From contig CAZJCM010000003.1 of the NCBI GenBank assembly GCA_964544655.1, positions 9,317 to 73,316 of the forward strand: a DNA stretch of 64,000 nt. Direction: 5' to 3'. This document shows positions 18,236 through 28,180 of this stretch, in pieces. The notes under the pieces were generated by a model. That model searched no databases, was not told the DNA's origin, and saw nothing but the letters and a program-made list of their open reading frames with translations. Positions within the stretch are counted from its first letter, which is position 1. Every line of letters starts with the position of its first letter. This DNA is from an uncultured Sedimenticola sp. Its GTDB lineage: Bacteria > Pseudomonadota > Gammaproteobacteria > Chromatiales > Chromatiaceae. The translations under genes and the position numbers were made by a program.

Positions 18236-19875
18236 GGTTTCACCACCGCTATTTTGTTCAAGTCGCGATATATTACCCGCATTGGCAGGCCACGGTTACG
18301 AAAGCCGGGGAAATCCCCCGCCCTGAACACGGCAACCGCCTGTCTCTCCCCCTGCCAGCGCCGGCTGAAACTTTCCCAATCGGGGATCCATTTGGCCGGC
18401 TCCTGATCGATCCCCATCTGCAGCTCGCTCGGCGTCAGCGCCAGCCATACCGGACGCCCCAGATAAAACGGCAGATCGCGGGAGAAATTGGCCACGCTGT
18501 AGACCGGCGCTCCTGCATCGGTCCAGGGCCGGATCGCCTCCACCAGCGCCCGGCTGGAACGATGCACACCCAGGGGCTGAAAGCCACGCAGCAGGATCTG
18601 GCTGGCGAGCAGAAAGCCGATCGCCATGACCACCACCGCCCGGTCACCACGCCAGCGTAAGCGATAGAGGAGCAGGGCGCTGATGCTCAGCACACCTCCT
18701 GCCGCCAGCACCCAAGGACGAAAAGCTGCCAGCTGCGAAGGCGGATAACGCCCTGCCAGCAGCGACTCCAGGCCGATGCCAATCCCGAGCAGCAGCAAGC
18801 CAAGCAGCGCCAGCAGCCCCCCATCCAGCCCCACCAGGGGTCGGCGGGATAGTTGCCGCCCCATGATCAGGGCCAGGGCGGGAAACATGGGCAGGATATA
18901 GCCGGCCAGCATGGAGTGTCCGGCGGAGAAGAACAGCAGGATGAACAGGGCGTAGACCCAGAGGAAACGCAGTGGATCGAACCCCCCTGCCCGCGCTGGC
19001 AACCAGTCGAAACCGGGACGAAGCAGCGCCCGCAATCCACTGGGGATCCAGGGGATCAGTCCCAGCAGCAGTATGGGGAGAAGGTACCAGACCGCCTGGT
19101 CCCGCTGGTGCACGGTGGAGGTGTAACGGGCGAAATGCTCATGAATGAAAAAGAATTCAGGAAATTCCGGATTCGCCACACTGACGGCGACGAACCAGGG
19201 GGCGGTCACCAACAGGTAGAGCAACAGCCCCTTGCCGATATGCAGATGGCGCCACAGGGCCCAATCCCGCTGCCATAGGGAGTAGATCAGGATGGCACCA
19301 CCGGGCAGCACCAGGCCGATCAATCCTTTACTCAGGGTGGCCAGTCCCAAGGCAGCCCAGCCGAACAGCATCCAGTTGCGCACATGACGCGGATCGTCCC
19401 GCCGGGACTGGGCGATCAGCAAGGCACCCACGCCGAAGGCAAGAAACACCCCCACCATCATATCCAGGGTGATGATGTGCCCCAGCGCTGCATAGAGGAA
19501 GCTGCTGATCAGCAGCAAAAAGGCGTAAAAACCGGCCCGTTGGCCCCACAAGCGCCCGGCCACGAACATCGCCCATAATGCGCCGAGAAACGACACCAGG
19601 GCCAGGGGAAGGCGCGCACTGGCGACGCTGACGCCAAACAGTTCATAGCTGATCGCGGTGAGCCAGTACTGCAGTGCCGGCTTTTCGAAATACTTGATGT
19701 CGTTGAGCCGCGGGGTCAACCAGTCGCCCGAGGCCACCATCTCCCGCGGGATTTCGGCATAGCGCCCCTCGTCCGGCCCCATCAGATCCCGCTGGCCAAG
19801 CAGCCCGAACCAGATCAGGGCGGCCAGGGCCACCACCGTCCAGCGCACGCCAGGGCTTGGGGTCGAGTCTGTCAT
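18232..19875 (-). CDS. arnT: 4-amino-4-deoxy-L-arabinose lipid A transferase (GT39/GT83-like)
   Basis: Polytopic membrane protein. 'DEGRYAEIPREMVASGDWLTPRLNDIKYFEKPALQYW' is the typical ArnT/PMT N-terminal loop. First gene of the operon. Confidence 0.88.
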   Translation of the reverse strand: MTDSTPSPGVRWTVVALAALIWFGLLGQRDLMGPDEGRYAEIPREMVASGDWLTPRLNDIKYFEKPALQYWLTAISYELFGVSVASARLPLALVSFLGALWAMFVAGRLWGQRAGFYAFLLLISSFLYAALGHIITLDMMVGVFLAFGVGALLIAQSRRDDPRHVRNWMLFGWAALGLATLSKGLIGLVLPGGAILIYSLWQRDWALWRHLHIGKGLLLYLLVTAPWFVAVSVANPEFPEFFFIHEHFARYTSTVHQRDQAVWYLLPILLLGLIPWIPSGLRALLRPGFDWLPARAGGFDPLRFLWVYALFILLFFSAGHSMLAGYILPMFPALALIMGRQLSRRPLVGLDGGLLALLGLLLLGIGIGLESLLAGRYPPSQLAAFRPWVLAAGGVLSISALLLYRLRWRGDRAVVVMAIGFLLASQILLRGFQPLGVHRSSRALVEAIRPWTDAGAPVYSVANFSRDLPFYLGRPVWLALTPSELQMGIDQEPAKWIPDWESFSRRWQGERQAVAVFRAGDFPGFRNRGLPMRVIYRDLNKIAVVKP

Positions 19876-20140
19876 GGAATTGCCGGAGATCGCTTCAGAA
19901 TCAGAGGAATGGAAAACCGGACATGATACCCCCGATGAGGTCCAAGGGCCAAGAATTGCAGGGCCCCAATAGCAAAAATATCACCCCTGCCCGATTCTAT
20001 GGAGGAAAACAGCGTCAGTATAATCCTTCGTTGCGGGAGCAAGCTGTACACCATGATTGACCGGACAAGTGATCGCAACCAGGAAATCACTCCCGTCAAC
20101 CCCTATCAGTCGGGAGCATTTTGCACGGGCAGTGTTTACA

Positions 20141-21382
20141 ATGCACCACTCCACACAGCCCGACTCCGATCTCAATACCCAAGTGAAGCCTGAACAGCTA
20201 ACCGAAGAGTGTGACCGCTGCGTCAAATGCGGCCTCTGCCTGCCCCACTGCCCCACCTACCGCCATACTCTCGACGAGGGTGACTCACCAAGAGGCAGGA
20301 TCGCCCTGATTCAGGCAATGACCGCAGAGGGTATCGACAGCCGCCGACTGCAGCGTCATCTCTCCCGCTGCCTCGGCTGCCGCGCTTGTGAAGCCGCCTG
20401 TCCCTCCGGGGTCCGTTACGGGGCGCTACTCGACAGCGCCCGCAATATCAGCCGGCGGAGACACCCCACGGTCGGTCAGCGGCTGATTCCGGCCCTCATC
20501 TCCTCGCTGCCCTATAAACCCTACAGCCGCCCACTGCTGCGACTCTATCAACGGTCCGGGGCCCGCTGGCTGGCACGCCGTCTCGGCGGCAGACGCTGGC
20601 GGCGGCTGGATGATCTGCTGCCACCGCTGTCATCCCATCCGGGCTGGCAGGAGAGCTACCCCCCTGCAACCGGCGAACACAGCCGGATACTCCTGTTCAC
20701 CGGCTGCATGGGCCGCATCACCGACCAGCCCGCGCTGGATGCCACCATCCAGTTGCTCAACCACCTCGGTATCGAGGTGCTGGTGACAGAAAAGCAGGCC
20801 TGCTGCGGCGCCCTGCACCAACACAACGGAGACCCGGATGCGGCAGAACGTCTGGTCTCGGCCAACCGCACCGCATTTGCCCTGCCAGAGATCGATGCCG
20901 TCGTCTATCTGGCCAGCGGCTGCGGTGATCAACTGGAGAAATCCGCACCTCCCGGCGGCGCACCAGTAATCGAGATATGTCGCTATCTGACGCAGATCCA
21001 GGCCCAGTCACGGCTGACACTGCGGCCGCTGCAGAAGCGCGTCGCCATCCACACCCCCTGCTCCCTGCGCTATCCCTTGAGGGGGGAAGGCTCCGCGCCG
21101 GCACTATTGCGCCAGATCCCCCAAATCGATCTGCAGTTCCTCCCTGGAGAGGGCTGTTGCGGCGCAGCCGGCAGCTACCTGCTGACTCAGCCGGAGATGG
21201 CCGACGAACTGCGGGAAGATGCGCTGACCGCAATCGGTGATCTGCAACCTGACATCCTGGTCACTTCCAATACCGGCTGCACCCTGCATCTGGCCGCGGG
21301 ACTAAAGCGACAGAACGCAGACCTGAAAGTGATGCACCCGGTGGAGTTGTTGTGGCGGCAGGTGGAACAACAGCCCCGCTGA
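20141..21382 (+). CDS. glcF: GlcF-like (glycolate oxidase Fe-S subunit family) protein with 2x[4Fe-4S] motifs and CCG-type Cys-rich domains
   Basis: 'CVKCGLCLPHCPTY', 'CLGCRACEAACPSG', later 'FTGCM...ACCG' and 'HTPCS...GCCGAAG'. Start at 'MHHSTQ' (20141). Confidence 0.75.
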   Translation: MHHSTQPDSDLNTQVKPEQLTEECDRCVKCGLCLPHCPTYRHTLDEGDSPRGRIALIQAMTAEGIDSRRLQRHLSRCLGCRACEAACPSGVRYGALLDSARNISRRRHPTVGQRLIPALISSLPYKPYSRPLLRLYQRSGARWLARRLGGRRWRRLDDLLPPLSSHPGWQESYPPATGEHSRILLFTGCMGRITDQPALDATIQLLNHLGIEVLVTEKQACCGALHQHNGDPDAAERLVSANRTAFALPEIDAVVYLASGCGDQLEKSAPPGGAPVIEICRYLTQIQAQSRLTLRPLQKRVAIHTPCSLRYPLRGEGSAPALLRQIPQIDLQFLPGEGCCGAAGSYLLTQPEMADELREDALTAIGDLQPDILVTSNTGCTLHLAAGLKRQNADLKVMHPVELLWRQVEQQPR

Positions 21383-21496
21383 GCCAGGAAGGCAGCGGCA
21401 CCAAGGCATCCGGCTGGCCCGGTCATCGCATCCAGGAGGCTGCTCCTGCGAACGGCATCTACCGTGCAACCGGTAAAACCGGCTATCATTAAAACT

Positions 21497-22141
21497 ATGG
21501 ATACACGCAACTACACCCCGGCCGATCAGTTGCTGATCGGCATCGATCAGTTCCTGCGCACCCTCTTTGGCCAGCCGCAGGTCACCGGGCGCCCCAACCC
21601 GGCCGACAGACTACCGGAGGCCGAGCTGACTACGGAGCAGAAACGGCATACCGCCAGGTTGATGCGTATCAACCACACTGGTGAAGTGTGTGCCCAGGCC
21701 CTGTACCAGGGGCAGGCGCTGACCGCAAAATTGCCCGAGGTACGTCACAGCATGGAACGTTCCGCTCAGGAGGAGAACGACCACCTGGCATGGTGCGATC
21801 AAAGACTGCGGGAGCTGGACGACCGCAAGAGCCTGCTCAATCCACTCTGGTATGGCGGCGCCTTCGCCATCGGTGCCGGCGCCGGTCTGGCCGGCGACAA
21901 GTGGAGCCTGGGCTTCGTCGCCGAAACCGAGTATCAGGTGTGCGCTCACCTGGAGAGCCATCTGCAGCAGATTCCTGCGGATGACCGGAAAAGCCGCGCC
22001 ATCCTGGAGCAGATGAAAGAGGATGAGATGCGCCATGCCACGACAGCCCTGGAGGGCGGCGGCGCCAAGCTGCCGAAGCCGATCAGGCTGGCGATGAAAC
22101 TCACCTCGAAGCTGATGACCAGGAGCGTCTATTGGCTATAA
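21497..22141 (+). CDS. coq7: Demethoxyubiquinone hydroxylase (di-iron carboxylate Coq7 family)
   Basis: '[18 protein letters not shown]', 'EENDHLAW', '[11 protein letters not shown]', 'EDEMRHA' (paired E...ExxH motifs). Start at 'MDTRNY'. Confidence 0.88.
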   Translation: MDTRNYTPADQLLIGIDQFLRTLFGQPQVTGRPNPADRLPEAELTTEQKRHTARLMRINHTGEVCAQALYQGQALTAKLPEVRHSMERSAQEENDHLAWCDQRLRELDDRKSLLNPLWYGGAFAIGAGAGLAGDKWSLGFVAETEYQVCAHLESHLQQIPADDRKSRAILEQMKEDEMRHATTALEGGGAKLPKPIRLAMKLTSKLMTRSVYWL

Positions 22142-22275
22142 GCTGTCCTGATTACGTCCATGGTTCAGCAAAGGTTGAAGTAACTATCCTGCTGCCATGA
22201 AAATTCAGCGACGATCTCGATTGCAGCTGAATAGTTACGATTGAATTAACCGCATAAACCCGGCGTTGCCGCCAG

Positions 22276-23604
22276 TCACAGGTGCCGCAGGTTGTCCTTG
22301 GCGGTGCGGATCAACTGCACGATGGGAATGCTGGACGGACAGGCAAAGGTACAGGCACCACACTCCACGCAGTCCATCACCCGGTATAGCTCCTTCATCT
22401 CCTCGAACAACCGCGCCTTGCCCAACCGCGCCAGGCGTGAGGGATTGAGAAAGTAGGGGCAGGCCTCCAGGCAACGGCCGCAACGGATGCAGGGATATTC
22501 TTTCGGCCGCGCCGTCTCCTTCTCGGTAAAGGCGAGGATGCCGGAGGTCCCCTTCAGCACCGGCACATCCAGGCTGGCGATGGGGGCGCCCATCATTGGA
22601 CCACCCATGATCACCTCCCGGGTCTCTTCCTTCAGACCACCGCAGAAACGCAGCACATCCCGTACCGGCGTGCCGAGCGGCACGATCAGGTTGGCCGGAT
22701 AGGCGGCACCGGGGCCGGAGACGGTCACCACCCGCTCGATCAGGGGCATACCGCGGTCGAACCAGTCGGCGATGGCCACTAGGGTGCCCACGTTGTTCAC
22801 CGCTATACCCAGATCACGGGGCAGCTGACCTGCCGGCACCTCACGATCATAGATCGCCTTGATCAGCATCTTTTCCGCCCCCTGGGGGTACTTCACCGGC
22901 AGCGAGACCACACTCACCGGCCCATTGGGGTCGAGCCGTTTCTCCAGCTCGCGGATGGCATCCGGCTTGTTCGCCTCCACACCGATGGCGGCACGCTCCG
23001 CGCCCAGCTTGGTACGCAATATCTCGATGCCCCGCAACAGGGCATCCGGGCGCTCCATCATCAGCCGGTGGTCATTGGTCAGATAGGGCTCGCACTCGGC
23101 GCCGTTGACCAGCAGATCGTGGATCTGCTGGCCCTCGGGGATGGCATATTTCACATGGGCGGGAAAGGCGGCGCCTCCCATGCCAACGATGCCGGCCTGC
23201 TGCACCTCCCTGATGAATTCATCCATGCTGAGGGACGCCCACTCCCGTGGCGGCTGAACCGGCAGCTGCTGCGTGGCATAAGGATCGGCCTCGATCTCGA
23301 TCGCCAGCTTGAAGCTGCCATCGATATAGCGATGGGGACCGATATCCCGCACCCGACCGGTAACCGGACTGTGCAGGCAGGTCGAGACGAAGGCCCCTGC
23401 CTCGGCTATCAACTGACCGCGCACCACCTCCTCACCCACCTTCACCACCGGCTTCGCCGGCGCCCCGATGTGCTGCCCCAGGGGCATCAGATAGCGCTCG
23501 CCAAAGGGTACGCGCTGGATCGGCCGGTCCACCGTCTGCTCCTTGTGGCCAGCCGGATGGACGCCGTGGGAGAAGGAGCGTTCAAACAGATTCAGCAAGG
23601 ACAT
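22276..23604 (-). CDS. RnfC-like NAD(H)/FMN-binding iron-sulfur protein
   Basis: 'HPAGHKEQT' N-terminal RnfC-type region, 'IVGMGGAAFPAHVK', 'LVNGAECEPYLTNDHRLM', two ferredoxin motifs 'CIRCGRCLEACP' and 'CVECGACTFACP'. Starts 7 nt after the stop of the 1522-aa gene. Confidence 0.85.
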   Translation of the reverse strand: MSLLNLFERSFSHGVHPAGHKEQTVDRPIQRVPFGERYLMPLGQHIGAPAKPVVKVGEEVVRGQLIAEAGAFVSTCLHSPVTGRVRDIGPHRYIDGSFKLAIEIEADPYATQQLPVQPPREWASLSMDEFIREVQQAGIVGMGGAAFPAHVKYAIPEGQQIHDLLVNGAECEPYLTNDHRLMMERPDALLRGIEILRTKLGAERAAIGVEANKPDAIRELEKRLDPNGPVSVVSLPVKYPQGAEKMLIKAIYDREVPAGQLPRDLGIAVNNVGTLVAIADWFDRGMPLIERVVTVSGPGAAYPANLIVPLGTPVRDVLRFCGGLKEETREVIMGGPMMGAPIASLDVPVLKGTSGILAFTEKETARPKEYPCIRCGRCLEACPYFLNPSRLARLGKARLFEEMKELYRVMDCVECGACTFACPSSIPIVQLIRTAKDNLRHL

Positions 23605-23611
23605 GGCATAC

Positions 23612-26600
23612 CTACTCGTACCCCGCCAGATGCAGCAGGCGCTGGCGGATCTGACCGGCGATCTCGCCTTGCAGACCGGACTGCAACTCCGCCATGCGTC
23701 GTTCGTATTCCGCTTTCAGTGCGGCGATCTCGGCCGCCCGCTCGTTTGCCACGCACTGCTCGGCCTCCTGCCGCACCCGCTCGGTGAAAGGGGTGACCAG
23801 GCCCGCCAGCTCCTGCAGTGTGCGCCATATATGGCCCAGACGCCCCATCTGCATGGCAGCATCCACGCTCACTTTCAGCGCAGTCCCGGCCTCATCGGTG
23901 AGCCTGACCACAGGTGTCTTCCGTTGCCGCTCCGCTGGCGCCAGTGCGAGCCAGTCGATCACTGGCACAGCCGGCGGATCGTCTTCCTCCAGGCGGGAAA
24001 AATGGTCGGCGAAACGCTGCTCTGAAAGCATCCAGTCCAGCGGCGTGAACGGCGCCCCATCGTCACCCGGTGCCCACGCCTCCCGCTCATGCGGGTTGCC
24101 GGCAAGGCTGATCCGGCTACCGAAGACTCCCTCCTCTTCGGGGTTATAGCGCAGCAGGGGAAAGGCGCGGCTGAGCAGCGCCAGCCGGGACTGCCGCAGG
24201 GTCTGATCGGCGGCGAAGCCATGGCGCAGGGGACTCGGCGCATGCAGCCGGATCAAGGCGGGCCCGGAAAAGCCGAGGGCCTCCTTCAGGCACTGGCGAT
24301 AATGGTCCGGCTCAGCGATGGCACACTGGGCGACATAGGCATCGCGCTGGGCCAGGGCCATGAGGAGCAGGTCGGTACGGGGATCATGGCTGTCGGAGAC
24401 TGAATCGGACGTCGGCCCGGCCCCGGCCAGCCCGAGATCCAGGCTGCTGAGCAGCAATACTTTGAGCGGCAGGCCGCTGTTGAGCAGCCAGGCGACCTGG
24501 GCCAGCCCACGGCCTCCCAGTTCCCGCTCACTGCCGACCAGGATCAGGGGCGGACAGAGGGCCCGCTCTTCATCGGTCAGCGCCTGCCAGCAGGAGGCGA
24601 CCTCGGCTGTCGCCTGTTTGTCATCCAGTGCCGCCCTGGCGCGGCGTGCCAGGTTCAGGGTCGCCATCATCTCAGCCAGCTGTCCCTGCAGCAGGCCGAC
24701 CGCCATCTGCGCCCCATCACCGGTCATGTCGAGGGTGACCGGCGCGTGAAACGGGTTGTTCGGAAACACCCCGGCCCAGGCGGCGACGCTGCCTGGCACC
24801 AGCGCCAGCCCGAAGCGGGCGCGACCCAGGCCGTAATCACCCTTGGAAAGCTGCCAATGCGCCTGACGCAGGCCACTGGCCAATTCGATCAGCCCACCCA
24901 GCCGGTCGGCGTCGATACTGCTTTCCCGGCCACTGGAGCCCCTGGTCAGGGTGGAGAGATCGATCTGCCGGCCGCCCGCCGCCCCCAGATTGTTCAACAG
25001 CGTATCGAGGTCGTCCGTAGGCAAGGCATCGGTGAGGGTGTCCCGGATCCGCGTTTCAATCTCCCCCAGCAGGGCCGCCAACTCTGTATTGAAACGGCTG
25101 AGCCGGGGCTGCTGGTGATACTCTGTAGCGGCCAAGGCCAGGCGCAGCGCGATCTTCTCGCCTGAACCCGCCTCGGAGCCATCGCCGCCAGCCACTGCCA
25201 TGGCGCAGTGCCGGGACATCAACAGGGCGGCCAGGCCGTTCATATCGCCTTCTGCACCCAGCCGCTCAATGGTGGATGAGGCCGTATCCGGCATCTGTTC
25301 CCAAATGCGCCAGCACAGGCCCGCCTGCTCCAGCAGGGCCGCTGTCTGCGGCTGCGGGGTCAGGGCCTGGGCCTCGCAGGCCGCCAGACATAGGCCACAG
25401 CCCTTGCAGGCATCCGGATCGATCACCAGGGACAACAGCTCCCCACCATCCTTCTGCAGCCTTTCACCGCCCTGAAACAGGAGATCGGTCTGGGCCAGAG
25501 GCAGCGGTCCGACCTGTTCCACCACCGCAGCGAATGCCTCCTGCACCGCCTCTCTGCGCCCCTCGGGCAGGGGGGCCTTTTCCTGCAACCAGTCCCAGGC
25601 CCGCTGCAGCAGAGCGCCTGCCGTAGCGCCGGTAATCTCACCCTTGCGCCCCAAGGCACTGATCCGGGCTGCCAGCTTGCCCCCTACCTGACGCAGGGCA
25701 TCGGCGCCGGCCAGCCGGATACCGCTATCGACCAGCGTACTGGGGGTGAGCGCGGCAACGGCGATGGCGCTGTCGGGACAGGCGGTCCAGCAATCACCGC
25801 ACGCGGTGCAGAGTTCCGGGTTGAATTCGGGCAGGATCCGGCGCCAAGGCCCCATACTGCGGAACGTGCTGCTCAGCGGCGGTACCGCCGCCACCGTCAT
25901 GAAGGGATCCGCCGTTAGATCCTCCTGCTCGCCTTCGCGATAGAGGATTCCGACCTGATCCCAGAACCGGGGCAGACTGAACAGGGTCTCATCGCTCCCC
26001 CCCAATTGGCGCACCACAGCCGGGACCTGGTCCCGCCACTGCGCCTCTTCCGCCACTACTGACGCAGCCAGGGAAAAGGGCTCAAGCCGCGTCATTCCGG
26101 CGTCGAGGGCCGCCGTCAGGGCATCCCGCCCCGCAGCGGAGAGGCCGGCCAAGCCGCTTTCCCAGGCCGACTGGATACGCCGGCTCGACTCCCCGATCAG
26201 CCCCAGTGCCTGCATTGCGGCCATCGCTCCGCCAAGGCGGTATGCATCCTGCCTCTCGGCCCTGCCGGGGCCGGATTCCCCCGGGCCGTCCTGCTCCCAT
26301 CTCCCGGCCGGGAGACGGAACAGGCGCAATTCCATACGCTCGATGAGGGAGCGGGCCGTCGCATCCTGCCCCAGCACAGACTCCGCAGGATCCTCCAGGC
26401 CGCAGACCAGCAGGCCCGCGCCTTGGCGCAGCCGCGCCAGAAGCGCCGGGTGCAGCGGTTCATCGGCCGTGATCAGGGCGAAATCGAGACTCTTCTCTCC
26501 CTCTGCCGGCAGTGGCGCACCCTCAGCGCCATGAATGAGACGGTCGCAGCGCCAGCCATTCCACTCGTCCCAGGCGGAGTCGGGCAGACTGCGCAGCCAT

Positions 26601-28180
26601 CCACCGGCCAGCCGGTGCAGCAGTCCGGCACAATCCGGCAGGATACCCCCGGCGTGATGAACCGGCCGATGGAGCACTGCCAAGGCGAGGGCGCCCTTGC
26701 CGCGAAGGTCTACCCCGGCATCCCGCGCGCGTACGCCCAGCCGTTCGATCCCGGGATAGGCGCGGCGAACCTGGTCCAGCAGCACCTGCCTCTTGGGGTG
26801 CTTTTCGATATTGCCATGAAAATCGATACCAAGATAACGAACGGAGGGCGCCCCGCCATCCAGGTCGCGACAACAGGTGATCAGGTCACCACTGTCCAGC
26901 GCCAGGCCGCCCAGGCCATAGAGCACCGAGAAGGGTCGTGGCAGTTGCTGCTGATCCAGGGCCGGCACCGCGGGGTAGGGCGGGGCACCACCGTGACGCC
27001 GATTCTCCAACGCCATCGCCAGGGTGGCACGGACCTCCCGCAGCAGCGGCGCATCACCCGCCAGGGGGGTGTCCAGACGCTCCAGCACCAGCAGCTGGCG
27101 CCTGCCCTTCAGCCGCTCCAGCAGTTGGTTATGGGGGAAAGGGCGCAGGCTGTTGATACCGACCACGCCAACCTTCATCTTGTGCTCCTGACGCAACCGG
27201 TCGGCCACTGCACGGACCTGCTCCACGGCACTGCCCTGGACCAGCAGCAGTAACCGGGCATCCTCCACCCGATGGCTGGAGAGGGCGCGGTAGCGACGCC
27301 CGGTCAATCGGGCAAACGCATCCTGGGCCTGGCGCAACAACTCCGGCAGGTGGTCGTCGAAGAACGGGCGATTGCCCGCCACGCCTTGGGCATAGGCATC
27401 CGGCGCCTGCAGACTACCCTGCTGCAACGGCCGGTCCAGGTCGTGCCAACGCGGCAACCGGCGTCTGCTGTCGCCAAACAGCAGCTGCTGGGCCGGCGTT
27501 GGGCAGGCCACCGACGCCTCCGTACCACCGATGTAGTCACGAATCAGCGCTGCATCCACCAGCCGCAATTCCTGCAGCGAGCGGGCAGTACCCTCCCCGT
27601 CCATTGCCACCACCACCGGCAGCAGGGCGGTCTCGGCCAGCCGGCGGGCAATCAGAGTGAAGTCGACCGCCTGCTGGACATTTTCGGCGAGCAGGATCAC
27701 GGCCCCTGATTCCGCGGCCATATGCAGTGCCCGATGGTCGCTGCCCCGGCTCACGCCTTGGGCCGGCAACGCCTGATTGTCGAGATGAATCACCAGCGGC
27801 AGATGACGGGAAGCCGCATTGGCCAGCAGATCCTGCACCGCCGCCAGATCCGGCCCGGCCAGAAACAGTGTGGTACGCAGTCCGGCCATGGACTGTCCCA
27901 TGGCAACGGCAAAGGCGCCCCGGGGGCCTTCCGCAGCCTGGGCTTCCGGCCTGATACCGAAACTGTTCACCGGCATGCGCTGAAGCGCCTGTTGCCAGGC
28001 CAGTTCCGCGCCGCTGGCGGAGGTAGCATTGCTCAGGGCAGCCGCATCGGCCAGGGCCGCTTCGGTAAGGGCTACCGCACTGTTGCCATCCAGCACCTGA
28101 TCGGCACCGGCTGCCGGACCCGTCCCGGCAGGAACACCGAACAGGCGCCTATAGAGACGAACTGCAATTTCATTGATCAT
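23612..28180 (-). CDS. Giant (1522 aa) pyruvate:ferredoxin oxidoreductase-like protein with apparently degenerate TPP and proximal-cluster motifs
   Basis: PFOR-like order: N-terminal 'LDGNSAVALTEAA', Rossmann-like middle, ferredoxin motifs 'CTACGDCWTACP' and 'CKGCGLCLAACE', then a domain-VI-like region ending in an Ala/Glu-rich tail. ATGA overlap with the RnfB-like gene. Confidence 0.8.
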   Translation of the reverse strand: MINEIAVRLYRRLFGVPAGTGPAAGADQVLDGNSAVALTEAALADAAALSNATSASGAELAWQQALQRMPVNSFGIRPEAQAAEGPRGAFAVAMGQSMAGLRTTLFLAGPDLAAVQDLLANAASRHLPLVIHLDNQALPAQGVSRGSDHRALHMAAESGAVILLAENVQQAVDFTLIARRLAETALLPVVVAMDGEGTARSLQELRLVDAALIRDYIGGTEASVACPTPAQQLLFGDSRRRLPRWHDLDRPLQQGSLQAPDAYAQGVAGNRPFFDDHLPELLRQAQDAFARLTGRRYRALSSHRVEDARLLLLVQGSAVEQVRAVADRLRQEHKMKVGVVGINSLRPFPHNQLLERLKGRRQLLVLERLDTPLAGDAPLLREVRATLAMALENRRHGGAPPYPAVPALDQQQLPRPFSVLYGLGGLALDSGDLITCCRDLDGGAPSVRYLGIDFHGNIEKHPKRQVLLDQVRRAYPGIERLGVRARDAGVDLRGKGALALAVLHRPVHHAGGILPDCAGLLHRLAGGWLRSLPDSAWDEWNGWRCDRLIHGAEGAPLPAEGEKSLDFALITADEPLHPALLARLRQGAGLLVCGLEDPAESVLGQDATARSLIERMELRLFRLPAGRWEQDGPGESGPGRAERQDAYRLGGAMAAMQALGLIGESSRRIQSAWESGLAGLSAAGRDALTAALDAGMTRLEPFSLAASVVAEEAQWRDQVPAVVRQLGGSDETLFSLPRFWDQVGILYREGEQEDLTADPFMTVAAVPPLSSTFRSMGPWRRILPEFNPELCTACGDCWTACPDSAIAVAALTPSTLVDSGIRLAGADALRQVGGKLAARISALGRKGEITGATAGALLQRAWDWLQEKAPLPEGRREAVQEAFAAVVEQVGPLPLAQTDLLFQGGERLQKDGGELLSLVIDPDACKGCGLCLAACEAQALTPQPQTAALLEQAGLCWRIWEQMPDTASSTIERLGAEGDMNGLAALLMSRHCAMAVAGGDGSEAGSGEKIALRLALAATEYHQQPRLSRFNTELAALLGEIETRIRDTLTDALPTDDLDTLLNNLGAAGGRQIDLSTLTRGSSGRESSIDADRLGGLIELASGLRQAHWQLSKGDYGLGRARFGLALVPGSVAAWAGVFPNNPFHAPVTLDMTGDGAQMAVGLLQGQLAEMMATLNLARRARAALDDKQATAEVASCWQALTDEERALCPPLILVGSERELGGRGLAQVAWLLNSGLPLKVLLLSSLDLGLAGAGPTSDSVSDSHDPRTDLLLMALAQRDAYVAQCAIAEPDHYRQCLKEALGFSGPALIRLHAPSPLRHGFAADQTLRQSRLALLSRAFPLLRYNPEEEGVFGSRISLAGNPHEREAWAPGDDGAPFTPLDWMLSEQRFADHFSRLEEDDPPAVPVIDWLALAPAERQRKTPVVRLTDEAGTALKVSVDAAMQMGRLGHIWRTLQELAGLVTPFTERVRQEAEQCVANERAAEIAALKAEYERRMAELQSGLQGEIAGQIRQRLLHLAGYE

